This document shows, piece by piece, positions 1 through 14,949 of a DNA stretch of 64,000 nt; positions within the stretch are counted from its first letter, which is position 1; each line of letters begins with the position of its first letter. Position numbers and translations under genes: made by a program. Under the pieces are notes generated by a model. The model had not been told where the DNA came from. It made no database searches and saw only the letters and a program-made list of their open reading frames with translations. The DNA comes from Kondoa subrosea (Eukaryota). The stretch lies in contig BCIN01000004.1 of NCBI GenBank assembly GCA_039545335.1, positions 1 through 64,000 of the forward strand. Direction: 5' to 3'.

Positions 1-303
1 CAAGCTATCTGGAAGAAGTTGCTCTTATCAAACTTACAGCGTCCTGTCATTGGTCCTCTGCCTCTGAAGAATGACAACTATGGCAACATCTGTCTATGTC
101 ACAATCCTGGTATGCGCGATCGCACCAAGCACATCGCCATTCATCATCATTTTATTCGAGAGAAAATTGAAGCTGGTGACATGGACATCACTCATTGTCC
201 GGCAGCCGACATGATTGCCGACATTCTTACCAAAGCCTTGCCAAGAGAAACCGTTGTCAAACATCGCATGTCAATGGGTCTACGGAAGTTTGGTCAAGTC
301 TAA
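1..303 (+). mobile_element. Ty1/copia LTR retrotransposon pol 3' end (RNase H), partial and probably decayed
   Basis: Translation has DNYGNI..HNP..RDRTKHIAIHHHFIREKI..MIADILTKAL, the copia RNase H signature. A purine-rich tract (305-313) and an LTR start follow the stop. Confidence 0.9.
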
Positions 304-313
304 CGAATGGGAG

Positions 314-656
314 TGTTGTAAGTCAATGGTCGTCACAACTCTCACAAACTTCCTCTCTGCATCTTCTTTCCCACGCGTCATCTCAACACGTCGCGTCACT
401 TCAACGCGTCACGTCTTTTTCTACACGACTTCGCGTCACGTCATCCTACACGTCACGTACTTTACTTCATCAAGCGCGACGCGATTGGTCAGGACTCATT
501 TCGATATGAACGGTCGAGACTCATTCCAATATCAACGGTTGCCACATCGGGATGTACCGGGTCGTATGATTTCAATCTGGGCTGGTAGCTGTACATAAAA
601 CTCGAGTTTTCTCTTTCTTCTTGCTTTTCTTCTCGTTCTATACTTGTATTCCAACA
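314..656 (+). repeat. 3' LTR of the copia element
   Basis: Starts TGTTG (314) right after a PPT-like tract and ends CAACA (652-656), giving inverted termini. A homologous copy lies at 2255-2515. Confidence 0.8.
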
Positions 657-2254
657 AGTCTGAGAAGAAGTCTAGCAGCTCTGTTCATATTAGCAAAATG
701 TAGCGCAAATTCAGCTGAGTTTATAATAAGGCTTGACGCTGGTAGCGCTCGTCTTCGTTGGTAATAAATTTCTCCATCAAAAGCAAGGATGAATATTCTT
801 CCTAAAATCCTTGATATCCACCAAGCGGTAGAAGCAAATTGATCAAGACCACCTATCTTCTTCGCAAGTTTCTGAAAGGCAGCACACATGAAGTTCGGAT
901 CGCGAGCGCAAATCCAATAAAGCGGCTCGCCAGAAACGTTCTACAAACTCGGCACAGTCTCGGTAGAACGACAAAAGATGAAGCAGAGAGGACCAAGAAG
1001 ACTGGGCCTTGCGTTGCCGAGGCATCGTACGTATACTTGATCGCGATCTTTTGATTATGGCAAACAAGTCATAAACAAGTCATGAACTCTGTTCGAATAT
1101 GCTATTTCGGTACCATCAAGAGTGCTTCGGAGTACTTTTTGATCTATCGGTTTAGCCTAATTTTACTAGACTCATTCAGAGAATGATAGTGCTCTGCGAG
1201 ATACAGCTCTCTAAGCTATTGCTAAGAGAAGAAGAAGTGTCTCGCCCTAAAAGTTCTCGCTTCGACCTTCAACTCTGACCTCAACGTGCTGCTTTACATC
1301 CTGTAACTCAATGCAGATTTAATCGGCTGTAGAGAACGAGACAGAATGAGACGAGGTTTGCGGAAGTGATAGGGCTGTGCCGTTAATCACAGACATCTTT
1401 CGTGATCCCTCAATGGTTTGCGCCAAAAAGGAATACAATTTTGACTGATAAGGTTAAAATGCTTAACGGACTAGTGTAGTGAAGGATGATGGTTTTTGTA
1501 TGGTCCATCAGACGTCTGCAAATTCGAAGAAGAGCTTTTTGAGTTCAGCGTCCAAATGGATGTCTTCTTCCGAAAAGCAGGATCTATGCCAGAGGTATTT
1601 AGGTCGGGATCTTCGTCAGCAATCACAGATGCGATGCAAGCGATTTTTTAAAAAAAAAAAAAACTCAGCTAAATAAATCACTTTGATCCAATTCGGCAGG
1701 GGAAATAAAGGATAATTCAGCATAAGCAGAGAATATGCGCTCTTTGACGTTCTCAGGCATGACATCTTTGCAGAACCCGAGAGCAAGAAGTTCTTCAACA
1801 GAGCAAGTAGATGGCTCGACATCGAGAGCAGAGACAAGAGAAATAAGAGGAAGATTGGAGGACTCGAGCATCACGAAGAATAACAGTGCCTGGAATCACA
1901 TCTAAGATCACATCGTATTTAGTGACAAGATACACGTAAAAAGGACAAAGACTCAGTTTGATATCTCCAAAGTCGAAATCTTAAACAAACTAAAATAGGA
2001 CATAATAGGTATTGTTTTTGTTACCAAGTTTGCAGGGCAATGGCTTCTCTAATTTACCTCGATTCGAATTGTGCATGAATGTAGGTAGCAGGACCAGGAG
2101 AAGCTTGCGGACCAGTGACATCCATAGAGAAGACTTCAGCGTCGCAAGCAAGTCTCAACAGCGACTTCGGGATTTGAACATCAATCAAATCATGCTGAGG
2201 AGAAGGAGAGGGGATGTCTCAGTCTCCCCGGAATCATAGTTGACCAAGGAGGGG

Positions 2255-2515
2255 TCTTGGAAGTCGATGGTCGTTACAAGTCTCTCAAAACTGTTCCCCT
2301 CCATCTTCTTGCGTATGCGTCATCTACTCGTCGCGTCATTTCATCGCGTCACGACCTCTCCTATACGACTTCGAATCACGTCATCGTACGCGTCAGATAC
2401 TTCACTTCATCAAGCGCGATGCGATTGGTCCAGACTCGTTTCTCTAGTTGTACGTAGGACTCGAGTTTTCTCTTTTTTCCTGCTTTTCTTCTCATCCTAT
2501 ACTTGTATTCCAACA
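2255..2515 (+). repeat. Second, diverged LTR copy with an internal deletion
   Basis: Collinear with 314-656 (ACTTCATCAAGCGCGA, CTCGAGTTTTCTCTTT, CTATACTTGTATTCCAACA). Starts TCTTG after purine tract AAGGAGGGG and lacks about 80 bp of the middle. Confidence 0.75.
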
Positions 2516-2732
2516 AGTCTGAGAAATTTAGCAGCCCGATTTATCTTACTCTCACATATAGAATGTTAGCCAAGCTTGTTGCATACAGGCCCTTCAGCAG
2601 CATTTTCGTGTGTCGGGCAAATAGCAGAGTATCAAAGGGTTAGGTGACATTCCGATGACCGAGGACCTCTAGATGAATTTAGCCACCGATTTTAGCTGCC
2701 TGCTGATCGCATCGCCTGCTCATTCGGTATAG

Positions 2733-4738
2733 TCAATGCAGCGACAAAGTCCGGCCGAATGAGACCCAGATGCGCTTCAATACACTTCGCTTGGCTTTTG
2801 TCTCGATGGCATCTTCCAGCAATCGAACATCGTTGAACAGTTCTATGTTCAATGTCCTGTTGCGGAACGCGAGGTGCTTGCCTGCAAGAACGCGAAGTCG
2901 GGCGGTGTGCAGCAGAACATGACCCAATCGGGCGGCCTTGGTGGCCTGGGAATCGTTGTAATCATCTCGCCTCAGTAGCAGATCGAGTGAGCGGAAGGTC
3001 GACCACAGCTTGCGATGTTGATTACATAAACTCGAGTCGCGGTAGACAAGAGTGCGACACCATGATGCCAGACCATAGAGCACAAGTATAGAGGGCGCGA
3101 TGGACACAAACGCAAATGTCAGCGATTGCTTTTGGAATATTACGGATAAGCTTGTCCCGCAAAATTAAGACTGCCAAAGAACGTACGCTGCGGAGCAGTT
3201 TTTCCAAGCCGCTCATCGCCAAAGCCAAATCAACCTTGACCTTTTGAACTTGAATGAGCAGCACCCGGATGAGCGATCCAGCGACAGCAGACATCAAAGG
3301 AGACTGCGAAAAAGGCCATTAATTTCGTGTTTTCCCTCGACGAAATCTGGACGCACCTTGATTTCGCGCTCCCAGACTTGCATCACGGCCGTCATGTCTC
3401 CCTCTCGCACTCTTCTACCCATGGCCAGCACTTGCTCCTCGCTGCAGCCACACATGTCTCGACCAAATTCCGCAACCATGCGTTCCAAACTGGCCAGATC
3501 GCTATCAAGGCTTCCAGCACCCATAAGCGCCAAAGTATCATCCTGACCATAGCGTATTGTCTTGAGCACGTGTCGAAGTGGTTCTAGAACCCAGGCCAAA
3601 AAGAATCCCTTAAGAGTCTGTTGCGCATCTAACCACACTTGTTCAATCACATGCTGCCAGGAGAGAAATCTTGAGAACGCTAAGTAAGCGATGGATGGTA
3701 CCAATATACACGTAGGCCAGAAGCGGACGGGCATGGCCGGGCGCGAGAGCTCATCAATAGCGCTATCTATTGAACTCTTGAAATCGTTCCAACCACCTGA
3801 CAGAACTGCAGATAGCACCAGACCCATATCAGTGGGACGTTCTATTGTCATTCTACACCATGCACGAGGTCGTTTTTCAACAGCCATGAAGGTATCACGT
3901 AGGCGACAGACCAGACCGTCCAGAGCAGTGACAAAGACGCCATCCTCGACATTTTCCAACGAATCGAGTATTTTGGGCGCCTGCAGATGAACCGCCAAGA
4001 AACCTATTCGCTCCGTGATGTCTTCGAAAGCGATTTCAAGGGCTTTTCGTTTTTTGCGGGCTTCTTGACAGATGAAGAAGCGAGGGGAAAGAGAGAGGAG
4101 CATATATGATGGCGCCATATTACGCCGACTCAGGAGAAAGGGAAACATGAGAGCGACAATGTAGGAGGAATGGCGTCCTTTTGCTACCTTGGCATGGGCG
4201 TCGGGCTCAAATCCTCTGAGCATGACGTGATACCTCGTCAACGCTGCAGCACATAAGCGCTGAGGAAGAGCTACGTGCTTTCGATTCAGCTACACATAAA
4301 GATCAAGCACGGCCGCTTACTTTGCAAGAAGTACACATAACTAGATGTAGCCGAAACTTCGATCCTTTGCCAAAACTGGATCTCACTTTGCATACTTTCG
4401 GCTTGTGTGAATAGATCTTGGAATATGGACACATAGATCTCAATAGTCATGTTTGCGTAAAAAAGCCATTCGAGAGTAAGATGTTTGTCATGTTCTTCGT
4501 CGACACGAAAGTGTCTGAGTTGACGCAGATCCAGTGACACCGACATCAGCAGGTGCGAAACTTCTATGCTCGACAAAGGGCCCAGCTTGCTTCTGCTCTG
4601 TAGCTTTGCGAGCGTTTTGCGGACTCTTTCAATAGCAGTCGCTTCCTCATTTTCGTGCTGTTCATTGTATTCGCGGCGATTGACAGCAGACAGTAGTCTT
4701 TCTCGTTGGTCCAGACCGAATGTAGATAATAGCGCCAT
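2733..4738 (-). CDS. NCA2: Nuclear control of ATPase protein 2, spliced
   Basis: Motifs LEWLF, QSEIQFWQ, LASLERMVAEF, VREGDMTAVMQVWEREIK and LLIQVQKVKVDLALAMSGLEKLLRS across consecutive ORFs. Confidence 0.85.
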
Positions 4739-4792
4739 GTTGTAGGTGGTTGCAGTGAGAAACCACCTCACGCTGTAACAACCGCTCTAGAT

Positions 4793-7700
4793 ATGGCTGA
4801 TGCTTTGGACTTTGACATTCGCCGTGCAGTAGCAGCAGATCTGTCTGAGCTGGACCCTCAAAACCGTGTGCTTCATCGCGAGCTTCTTCAATCTGGTCGG
4901 AGCACTACCGTTATACATCAGGGTGATATAGTGAGTGTCGGCTCGTTATGTGTATGCAATGTTCCAATATATTATAGCTTCATACAGATGGTGTCCGATG
5001 GCTCCTCTTGCTCAAGACAAACAATGCAAGTCAAGATTACGCGGCGATACTCGAACAACTTCTTGAGATGCTACCTCATGCTTCAGTGTGGCTTGATCCT
5101 AGAGATCTAGAATCTAGTACGTCCTACGACGCAAAAACCCGAATGGCACTCAATGTGAACTGCTTCAGGTGGCCTGAACAATCTAGCAGCGCAATTGACG
5201 TCCGGTGTTGTTCTGAGTATGCTGCTTTCTTCATCTGCGTCTATATCTGCAAAAGACACGATCGCAACATTCATGCACCGAGTTCAGAACAATATCACGA
5301 TAAGTTCGGTGCATATGTGAATTATTGCAGAAACAAGTTTCCTGACCGAGACGTACAGACTCGGAGGTTCATTTCAGGTCGCTTCTGCAAGCAACCTGGC
5401 ATGCCATAGCTGCTGCGTGCCGTTTAAACTCTGCTAGCGCCCTCTCCCTTCTTGAAGAAGCCTACTTTTTCGGACCTGTATGCTCCAGTAGTCACAAAGA
5501 CTGTAATGTTGGTTACATTTGCTCGAACCGTCACATCGAGGCAATTGATGCAAGAGCAGGTGCAGTCTTCGCTACATGGCGATCATACCTATAAGACAAG
5601 TCTTTTCGAAAGCCTATGGACCAGCCAGAATGCTTTGGAGATCAGGAACTGTCTGTATACCGGTCAAAGGCTTGCATGTCCGTTTCGCTTCGCACCCCAA
5701 GACACTGCTCGCGTTTCTCGACAACTTGATCTATCTCTCGAAGCATTCTGCAATCACAGTCAGTGTGAGTGCCCATACGAGCTTATGGTGAGACTATCGA
5801 ATGTTGGGCTACCATTACGTTGATCCTTTCCTCCAGCGCATTGCTTTCCTTTGTACATTTTTGGAAAGTCAAGCTGTAGAAGGAGCTCTGCGGCAAGTAT
5901 TCTTAGCAGCTTTGAACCAATCCTGTGGGCTGGATGCTGTGGCGATAATACTCAATAGGTCTATTAGCACTTATTTTGCCTACTGGCCAGTCATTGAGAT
6001 TCTCGCCAGTCATCCACATCAGGCTAGCACAGCTTTGGCAATACTCAAGCTGGCTATTCTGACGCCTCATAGTCCTGCTTGGTCTTCTGTCGAAGTAGTT
6101 CACATAGCCAATATGGTGAAAATATGTGAAGCCGTAAGTTCATCATTTGTCTCGCAGCTTATACTGATCCGCGACCTAGTATCATTCGCCTGCGGATGAA
6201 GTATTGCAGGCATGTACTGAATTCATGGAACAGCAGTCGCATCATTTCATGTCCGCGACTACTAATTTGGACGAGCCGTTTTTTCGCAAGTTGGACATGA
6301 CTGCCCATATGGTATCTCTCATTGTTGTGCCGGATTCCAACAAGGTACCGTCGCTGTTATACTCAAAGTAGCGCAATTTTTTCACGTATTTGAGCAGACG
6401 TACGATTTCCTGAGCGTATATGTGGACGCACTTCAAGCCGAGATGACATACCAGCATCAGACATGTTTGGTTACGGTCATTACCAGATTGGCACCTTTTT
6501 TGTGCCCAGCATCTTTCGCTAAGTACCTCGCATTTCTATTGCCCGTGGATTCTTCAGATTTGCTCGTCGAAGAGGTAGGTAGGTCTCACTTCGTGCGACT
6601 GTGGGGTAACTTTGAATGTAAAGTTCTGTACAACCGCCTTACACCTCCTGGTCAGCAACCACAGCTTAGCAAGTACGCAAGTGTACCTGGTCCTCCACAG
6701 GCTGTTGGACAGCTTTGTCTCCTTTGCGGTAGCAATACTCACTACGCAAGGAGACGCACTGTTACCTGTGAGGATGATCCACGATACCGCCCATCAACTG
6801 ACGCCCTGCTTCAGAGTGACGAGGATCTCGTGCAGCTTCTGGTTGCTTTAGAATCGCTTGCATCTTCCTGGCTGCCCTTGTTGCAAGGGAAAATGGACGA
6901 CTTTAACCTAGTTCAAAAATTTCGAGCCTTTGTCATAACGCATGCCCTTGTCTACAGCCGGAATTCATCTCGACGCCTCGATAATTTCCCGAGTCTCCTT
7001 CGAATAATTCCCGATCTCCTCCCGCCCGATACTGACAAAGTGGATCTTTTACCTCAACCTTTGGCCTCTCTTTCTAATTATGCTATGAATGTATGTGTCT
7101 CAGTCGATCATGTTCTCTGTGAGCCAGCTGAGTGATGATAGCTGATGACTGATTTGGCCGGTGTCCGCCTGTCGCTCACAGAACGCTCTACAAGCTGGAC
7201 GACACTGCCCTCTGCAGAGCTTTTGATGCTATTGGCAATAGAACACCATCAAGATGCGGCTCTTAACCAAGGTTGCTTTGCTGCCTTGCCCGATTATCTG
7301 ATGCGTGCATCTGGTCATATAATCAGCAACGGGTTCTGCGAGTGTTTGCGCGGCATTATCGCCAAGGTACGGAGTGCATTTTCAACGCAGGCTAAATTTA
7401 ACATGGAACAGATTCAGCAACAAATAATACCGATTTGCCAAGGCCTAGCTGTGACTCCTCGTGGCTGGACGGTCATGCGTGCGCAGCTGCACAGCGTTCT
7501 AGGCTACACCTGCTCTCCAGATACCGCAGCGCGAAAAGCAGCCTGCGATATTGTGAAAGATCTCTGTGTGGACTTTCCTAACCTATTTTGCTGCTTTGCG
7601 ACTCTGCAGAAATTCTTCGAGCTGGTGAATCTTTTACAGCATGCGTGCGATGAAAACCTCACCGATCAGGTATGACTTCGATACATCGTTCTAAAGAAGC

Positions 7701-10700
7701 AGAACTAATTCGGCTGTGAAGTATACACCATCATTCGTTTTTGCTTCCGAGGAAGCGGACATTGCAATAACTTTGCCGTACAATACAAGTGCAAGACAGA
7801 TCTTATTCGGCGAAACTTACAAAAATTTCAAGACCTGGTTAAAGCGAGCCGTTTTCGCTGGTAGCCTGGAATACGTCGGACATCTCCAAGTAGGTCGCTG
7901 GTCTCGACCAGCCTGCGATTCATGTTGAGTGCCTAAGCAGAAATATATTGCCATCACGTCGCACAAGACAATGCGACGAGGAACACTATCCGGAGTTGCT
8001 CTTGCAATGGAATTGCTTGGTACTATCAGTCTGTCGGATGCCCCCTATGGTGCGCTACTCTCAGCCGTTTGCTTTTGCTAACATGCATTTCTAAATAGCG
8101 ACTCCTCGGTCCGGCCAGCATCCAATAGGCAATGGCGCTTATCAGCAAATGTACGCGGATCGCTGTAGCAACACAGCAGCAATACGAGTCCGAATGCAGT
8201 GTAAGCCAAATTCGGGAATCGTCAAGCTTTGCTAAATATCAGATCATAGCCTTGCCAGGGCCCCCACTAGAAAATCTACTGCACTGCCTACAAAAGGCGG
8301 ACCCTACAAAGCTTAAAGCGGCGCTCTATCAAGCTAGCGCCGCCATTATATGCAAGGATCAGGCGAGTCGATATCCTACCGAGCAGCTGAAACTGGTATT
8401 GATAGCCTTTGTCCGGCCAGTTCGGCTACGATCTGCTGCACCATACAGTCCAAACACCCCTCCAGCTTTTCGACGTATCATCTGTTTCGCTCGGTATAGA
8501 GAGCTGGTGCTGGATCATAGATCAGAAACCTTGGCTGGAAGCCAAGCTACTGGCGGAATTGTCTTATGGGTGGAACGCAACAATTAGAAGAAACCGTGGG
8601 CTTTTCAACGGAACAATAGAGTGCGTTCTATTGCCAAACCGATGATTGGGCATTGTTCAAGGCGTTCCCCCAGCGAGAAGCACCCGTTCATGCAGGAAAC
8701 ACAGTATACGCCTTCTGAACTGTCCCATTTCGATCGCAAGCGAGTGATGGCAGAACAGATCCTAATTCCCCATCTGTTACTAGTCAGGTTTCTATCCGGT
8801 CGCTTAATCGCAGACCGACATTGCCATGAGAGGCTGGCTGGATTAATTCGAAGATTGCTTTTCCGCACTTTGGAGTTCTGCAATCACTGGTGGTGTGTGC
8901 TTGATCCCGCTATCAGCGTTCCCTGACTCGGCTTTAGTGGTCATTCTTTAGCTATGACTCTTCGCCTGAATGTCCTTTCTTTGGCCTTCGAGTCAGTGCG
9001 ATACAGTCGGTATAGGTGGGGTTCGAACGCATTGTTGCATTCGTGCGCAAACAGTGCAGCCCTAAAGGCAACATGCCGAGAAGCCAAGTTGGTCCTTTGC
9101 GTTGTATGATATGATGATTAATTGTCACAATATAGCTGGCCGTATGGTGGGAGCAAAGTGCAATTTTGGCGGACTTCAGAAGCAACCGAGAATCTGTACA
9201 CTCTGGTGCGGCAAGAGACGGGTGGCACTGACTCTGATGGCACCGGCCGAGGGTGGTTAATCCTGCGTATGTTTCAATCGACTCAGTTTTGCGATGCTCT
9301 GAAACCGTACTCTCGCCCATTCAAGCCGAACCTGCGTCAAGCGAGAACACCAGCCTGTTAGCCTGTTTACTGGTTGCAGATACAGAAAGATATCGCATTT
9401 GGAGCAGCCCATTAGTGGAGACACCATCTGAACACTACACATCGGTCTGTAAACTTGCATATCAGCAGGCGCATCACGTGGCTAATTTGAAATCCATTAC
9501 TTTGGTGATCAGGACAACTCGCGGTACCTGCGCCTTGCCTGGCAGATTGATCCTGATCTTGCTTGTCGTATATGGCTTCAAAACCGAAGCAGCAGCAGAA
9601 GCGGGAGCGGGAGTTTCAGTTACGCATTTCCCCGCCTCGTTCGCGACGATCCGCGGCAAGCCTTGCACTGTCGTGAGGGCACGATGCTCTTGATGGACTG
9701 TCTTGGTGAAATGAACCTTCGCGTCGGTTCTGCCTTGACTAAGTACATCTTCACTGAATCATCGGCTTAGTATGTGGTCTACAATTCTGCCATACCACCG
9801 GTCACCGCCACCAAATATCTGCTCAACACCCTGTCCAGCAGTCTGTTGCTCCAATACGCCCTACGAGTATTGGAGCAGCGAAAAGTAGCCGAAACCTTTT
9901 TCTATGTGCCACAGATTGTTCAAGGTCTGCGTTGCGACAGCTCAGGTAAATTTGCCATAAGGTTTCATTGCTGAGATAACACCAAGTGAACAGCCTATGT
10001 TGAGCGATACATCTTCGAAGCAGCCTCGGTTTCGCAATTGTTCTGCCATCAATTGATCTGGAACATGAAGGCAAATTGCTATAAAGATGATAATGCAGAA
10101 GTCGTAGGTCATTGCACTGTCTTTGATTCGGCTCCAAGCTCGACGATATTCTGCTTCAGGCGGATCCGATGAAGGCGAAATTCGAAAGCATGATCAGTCT
10201 AATTCTTCAGTCCTTATCAGGCAATGCAAGGGACTTCTACGAGAAGGAGTTCTCATTCTTCACTGCTATAACTTCCATCTCACGAAAGTTACAACCTTTT
10301 ATCAAAAAGACTAAAGCAGAGAAAAAGGTGCCTTCCGGTTTATTTGTCCAACTCGGTGATGTTGAAACGTAATCCAACAGATCAAAATTGATGAAGAGAT
10401 GGCTAAGATCCAGCTCAATCCTGGTGTTTATCTGCCAAGCAACCCAGACGGAGTGGTTGTGGATATTGATCGTGAAGCAGGGCGGCCATTACAGAGTCAC
10501 GCGAAGGTAAGGCATGTTTCTACACCGCAGACGCGCAAGACTATAAATCTCCTAGGCTCCCTTCATGGCCAAATTTAAGGTGCGCAAAGACATTCAACAG
10601 ACACCGAACGGTGGCGAGCCGCTGGTCGCCGTCACCTCGCAAGATACTTGGGTCTCAGCCATATTCAAGGTGGGAGACGATTGCCGGCAAGACGTGTTGG

Positions 10701-11746
10701 CTCTACAGATCATTGCACAATTCAAGAACATATTCATGTATTGTGGTCTTGACCTCTATCTGAACCCGTACCGAGTGACAGCAACTGGACCAGGGGTGAG
10801 TTTAGAGATAAATTCAGCTTACTCTCTTGATTAAGTTCGGCAGATGGGCATTATCGATGTTGTGCCAGGCTCAACCTCCCGCGACGAAATGGGACGAAAT
10901 GGACATTCGGATTTGTCATCGTACTTCATCACGCTCTTTGGGCCTGTGCAAACGGCTGCGCATCAAGCGGCACGCTGGAATTTTGTCCGATCCATGGCGG
11001 CATACTCCTTGATCTGCTACATCGCACAAATTAAAGATCGCCATAACGGCAACATACTAATTGACGAGATGGGACACGTTGTGCATATAGGTGCGCCGCG
11101 CTTGCTCTACAAATCATTAACCAACCGCAATTGTAGATTTCGGGTTTCTGTTCGACATTGGTGAGCTCCGAGCACATTGACGTATTTTTGACAAAAGTGA
11201 GACCGGCTTCTAAAGGCCCAGGTGTACGTTTTGATTTTCCTGCAGCGAGTCACATTTGCTCAGTCTTACTTTGCGCGCTAAATCAGGGTATCAAGTTCGA
11301 ACCGAGTTCTTTCAAATGTCGGTCTACCAATCGTGCTGCAGATAACATGTTAATGGCTCCGGAATTCAGTAACGCATGAAATGGTCAATGTCATGGGCGG
11401 TATCGATAGTCAAGGATACACTGCTTTTAAAGAACTGGTCGTCAAGGCCTTTTTGGGATGCCGCCCCTTTGCCGAAGAGATTTGTGCGACTGCGGAGCTG
11501 ATGTTACCAACGGAGTTGCCGTCGCTCAAGGGCGACGAGACCATCGACAGATTACGCCAACGCTTCCGTCTGGATCTTAGCGAGCGAGAAGCAGCGCGTT
11601 ACATGCTTGGGGTAATAGAGGACGCTCAGTTCTCCTCGAGGAGCATTTTATACGAGTGAGGTACTGCTTACTTCGCCCCGTGAAGTTGCTGAAAACTTTG
11701 TAGTCGGTATCAGAAACAAACAAATTCTATTCCTTATGCTAAGTGA
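4793..11746 (+). CDS. STT4: Phosphatidylinositol 4-kinase type III alpha, many introns
   Basis: [31 protein letters not shown] and [11 protein letters not shown] kinase motifs. Predicted spliced end [15 protein letters not shown]. Confidence 0.92.
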
Positions 11747-11967
11747 GGGTCAGGAGCAGATTTTGACCCGGACACAGGTTGTTGGGATGTATTCGGATAT
11801 TTTGGATTCTAGGGCAATGACATCAATGGCTATTGTGTTTCAAGCCTTTGAAACGTTTGAAACAAGTTACAACATACCTATGATGCGCCGGCAACTGAAC
11901 GTGACTATGTAATTTGCAAATCCGGACATCACAAGCAAGACGACGAATCAGATTGGCCATGAACATC

Positions 11968-14949
11968 ATGTCCGGTCTCTCGTCTTCCCAAACAGTGAGC
12001 TCGTGTGTATGAGCCGTGGCCTATAGAATTAACACCGCCTTCACTGCCAGCAAATCTATGCACAACTTCAACATGTCTGGCACGAGTCGTTCGCTTCAGA
12101 GCCTGTGCTTCAACTGGCACCGCTCATACGTACGATACACACTGCTGAGCAAGAGCGCAATTGCCTGTCATTGATACAAGGCTTTAAAAGCCAGAAGGAA
12201 GGTGACATCGAGCAGACATGCAGCAGGAACTATCAGGTCAGTGCTCATTGGTTTCTGTGCGCTCTCGTGCTGAAGTGAGTTTTCGTCAGACATTCATTCA
12301 GTCCACGGACAAGCTATTGAATGTGCGCCAAGGGACTACCAGTTTGCGACATCGCGTAGGGGAATTGAACGATGAGATACAAGCCAAAGGAACAAACATG
12401 GCTGGCAAGGTTCATATTTACTGTTCGAAGTTGACAGCGGGCTAACTGGCTAGCAGAAGCGTTCCATGTTAGAAAATCGAAAGATGGGACACCATATAGA
12501 AGAAAGTCTTGCCGCATGCCAGGCCTCTTTGCAAGCTCTGGATCTTCTGGCACAGATAGCTATGCTGGTAAAGAAGCGAAGATCCTATCCAGCTTTACGA
12601 TTGCTCCGTGAGGTTCAGCAATTGCAATTGCACGAAGTTCTAACACTATCACTAACTCGGCACATCCAATCAATCATCCCTACTGCAATTCAATCAATAC
12701 GCGCCGCCGTGTTGAATGAGATGAGGAGTTGGCTCTTTTCGGCGAGAGAGGCGTCACCTGCTATCGGCATATTATTGCTGGAAGCCATCGAACTACGGAA
12801 TAGGAAGTGGTTAGCTCGTAAAACGAAAGCGACCGATATTGGCACCAGATCTTCGCATCTTAACAGCTGCGTCGAAATTACTTTCGCTGAGCGACATGAT
12901 ACCGTGCTCTTCGAACCGAGCGAGATACGCCTAGATTTTGCTCCTATACTCCAGTGCATCCTTGTCTACGATACACTGGGTGGTCGAGAAGATTTGCAGC
13001 AGCTTTATCTCCGGGATCGGCAAGCCCAAGCAGCTTTGTTGCTATCGTCGAGCAATTTGCGACCGCTCAGCGTTGCGGCGGTCAATATGTTACTGCAAGA
13101 GACTGCGGGCTTCTTCGTGATCGAAAATCATCTAGCGAAGGCGAATTTTGGTTTCGCACTGCACGAGCATCGACACGGGCTATGGGAAAGAATGATAACG
13201 AGCGTTGTCAATCTACTATCCGCGGGTCTTAATGCTTGCAAAGACCCAGGTGTATACACAGAAGCAGTCGGCAAAATAGCGATATTCTCACAAGCGATGT
13301 TCGTGAGCTTGGACATACTCATTGCGTGCTGCGGAAAATGCAATCTACTTACACTCAATCTACTTACAGAGTCTGGGCTACACGACTTTGCCTTTACAGA
13401 ACATGATGGATCAGTTGATACCTACATTTGCCTTATTGTTGGAGGAAAGCTACCGTGCTGATTTTGATCATGTACGCCATGGAGGCCGGATACGCGCGAG
13501 TGGCTGATGAGTCTGTAGGTCATACAGGAAGACGAACATCAGGCTATGGCTGTGGCCAGCAGCGAAGACCTCGAACGGATTATAAATGTCTGCTGGTTAC
13601 CTTTGGACGGGTCTTGGAACGAGCAAAGTTTGCAGGAGATGTTAGTCGCTTGTGCCTGCAACGCTTCGTTCCTGACTATTCGAAGATCTACCTTTCCTGT
13701 CCTCTTGCCGTTCTCCCCAATGTACCCGCTGTGTTGCATTAATATACGCAATTTTATTGATCAAACCGACCGAATCTCTGCCTGGTATGAAGAGATTACA
13801 GGCTCTATCGACGGCTATCGATTGCTGTTGGCGGTACGTCGTACATGTAAAATTCAGTTAGGGATTAAAGGTTCTGGCAGGTTTTGGATCGTCTGCTGAG
13901 TGACCGAATCAGCTTGAAGATCCGAAACATAATCAGTCGTGCCAGCAACCTTTCTCAGCTGACGCAACTCATGGTCGATTTATTGTTCTTCCAAATCGCT
14001 CTTGATGGCGTGAATCACCAGCCCGGACCATCAAGGCAAGTGGCTACTCTTGTATAAAGGTACAGCACTTATGAAGCTTCCGTCTGTCAGTCTTGCTGGT
14101 CTTTCGCATCCTGCAGTCGCATTGAAGTTCTCAGAAAGCTTATGCGAAACTCTGGCATTTGCTGGCCAGCGTATTGACAACGAAATCGCTTCCAAACTAG
14201 ATAGCTTCTTCGACATCAGCGAATATCAATGGATGGACTGTGAGTCAAGTAGGCTCTCGATGGATACAACCAGCACGTACATTGGAGAAATGATCAAATA
14301 CCTGAAGTTCATCATCGAATCCCTACTGATCAATTTGCCAATACAATATAAGGAGCAAATTTACTATAAAGCTTTGGAATATTGTGCCGATCGTTTGATG
14401 GTGGGCTCGAAGCGATACTATACCGCTTACTTCTAGCTAACATTCCCTTAGGATTACCTCACAGGGTCTGAACCAATAAGCATCGGCGAGGTTGGATTAA
14501 ACCAACTTTCGTCAGATCTGCGCTACCTCGTGCAACACGCCTCCAATGTTCAATTCGGGCGTATGGACGAGATTTTTGAAGAGTTATCGCAGGTATGGTC
14601 GCCTAAGATAGCTGTCGTCTGTTTTGATGTGCGTCGAAGATGGTCGGCCTCTTGCAAAGCGATACGTTGACCGATTTTCTGGACCCGGACTTTAGGATGT
14701 TGGTAAGTCTTATGACCGTAAGTCGAGAATTGTGTGCTTCCGATGCAGTAAAGGCTTTTCCTCGGGTGCAAGCACGGCGGCTTCACTTGGCGCTGATCAA
14801 GATTGCCTCTGGCATCGACAACAAGGGCTCTGTTCTCGATCAAAAACGCCGGGGAGATATTGTGAGCTTCTGTCAAGGCCGCAATGATTCTCTAAACTTG
14901 ATATCAGGATATCGTACTGTCGGAATTGAGGAGCTTGCTATGGGAGTAA
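11968..14949 (+). CDS. SEC15: Exocyst subunit Sec15, spliced; start approximate
   Basis: FIQSTDKLLNVR, YPALRLL, DFAPILQCILVY..LG, AGFFVIE, PFSPMYPLCC and KLDSFFDISEYQW. Confidence 0.85.
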
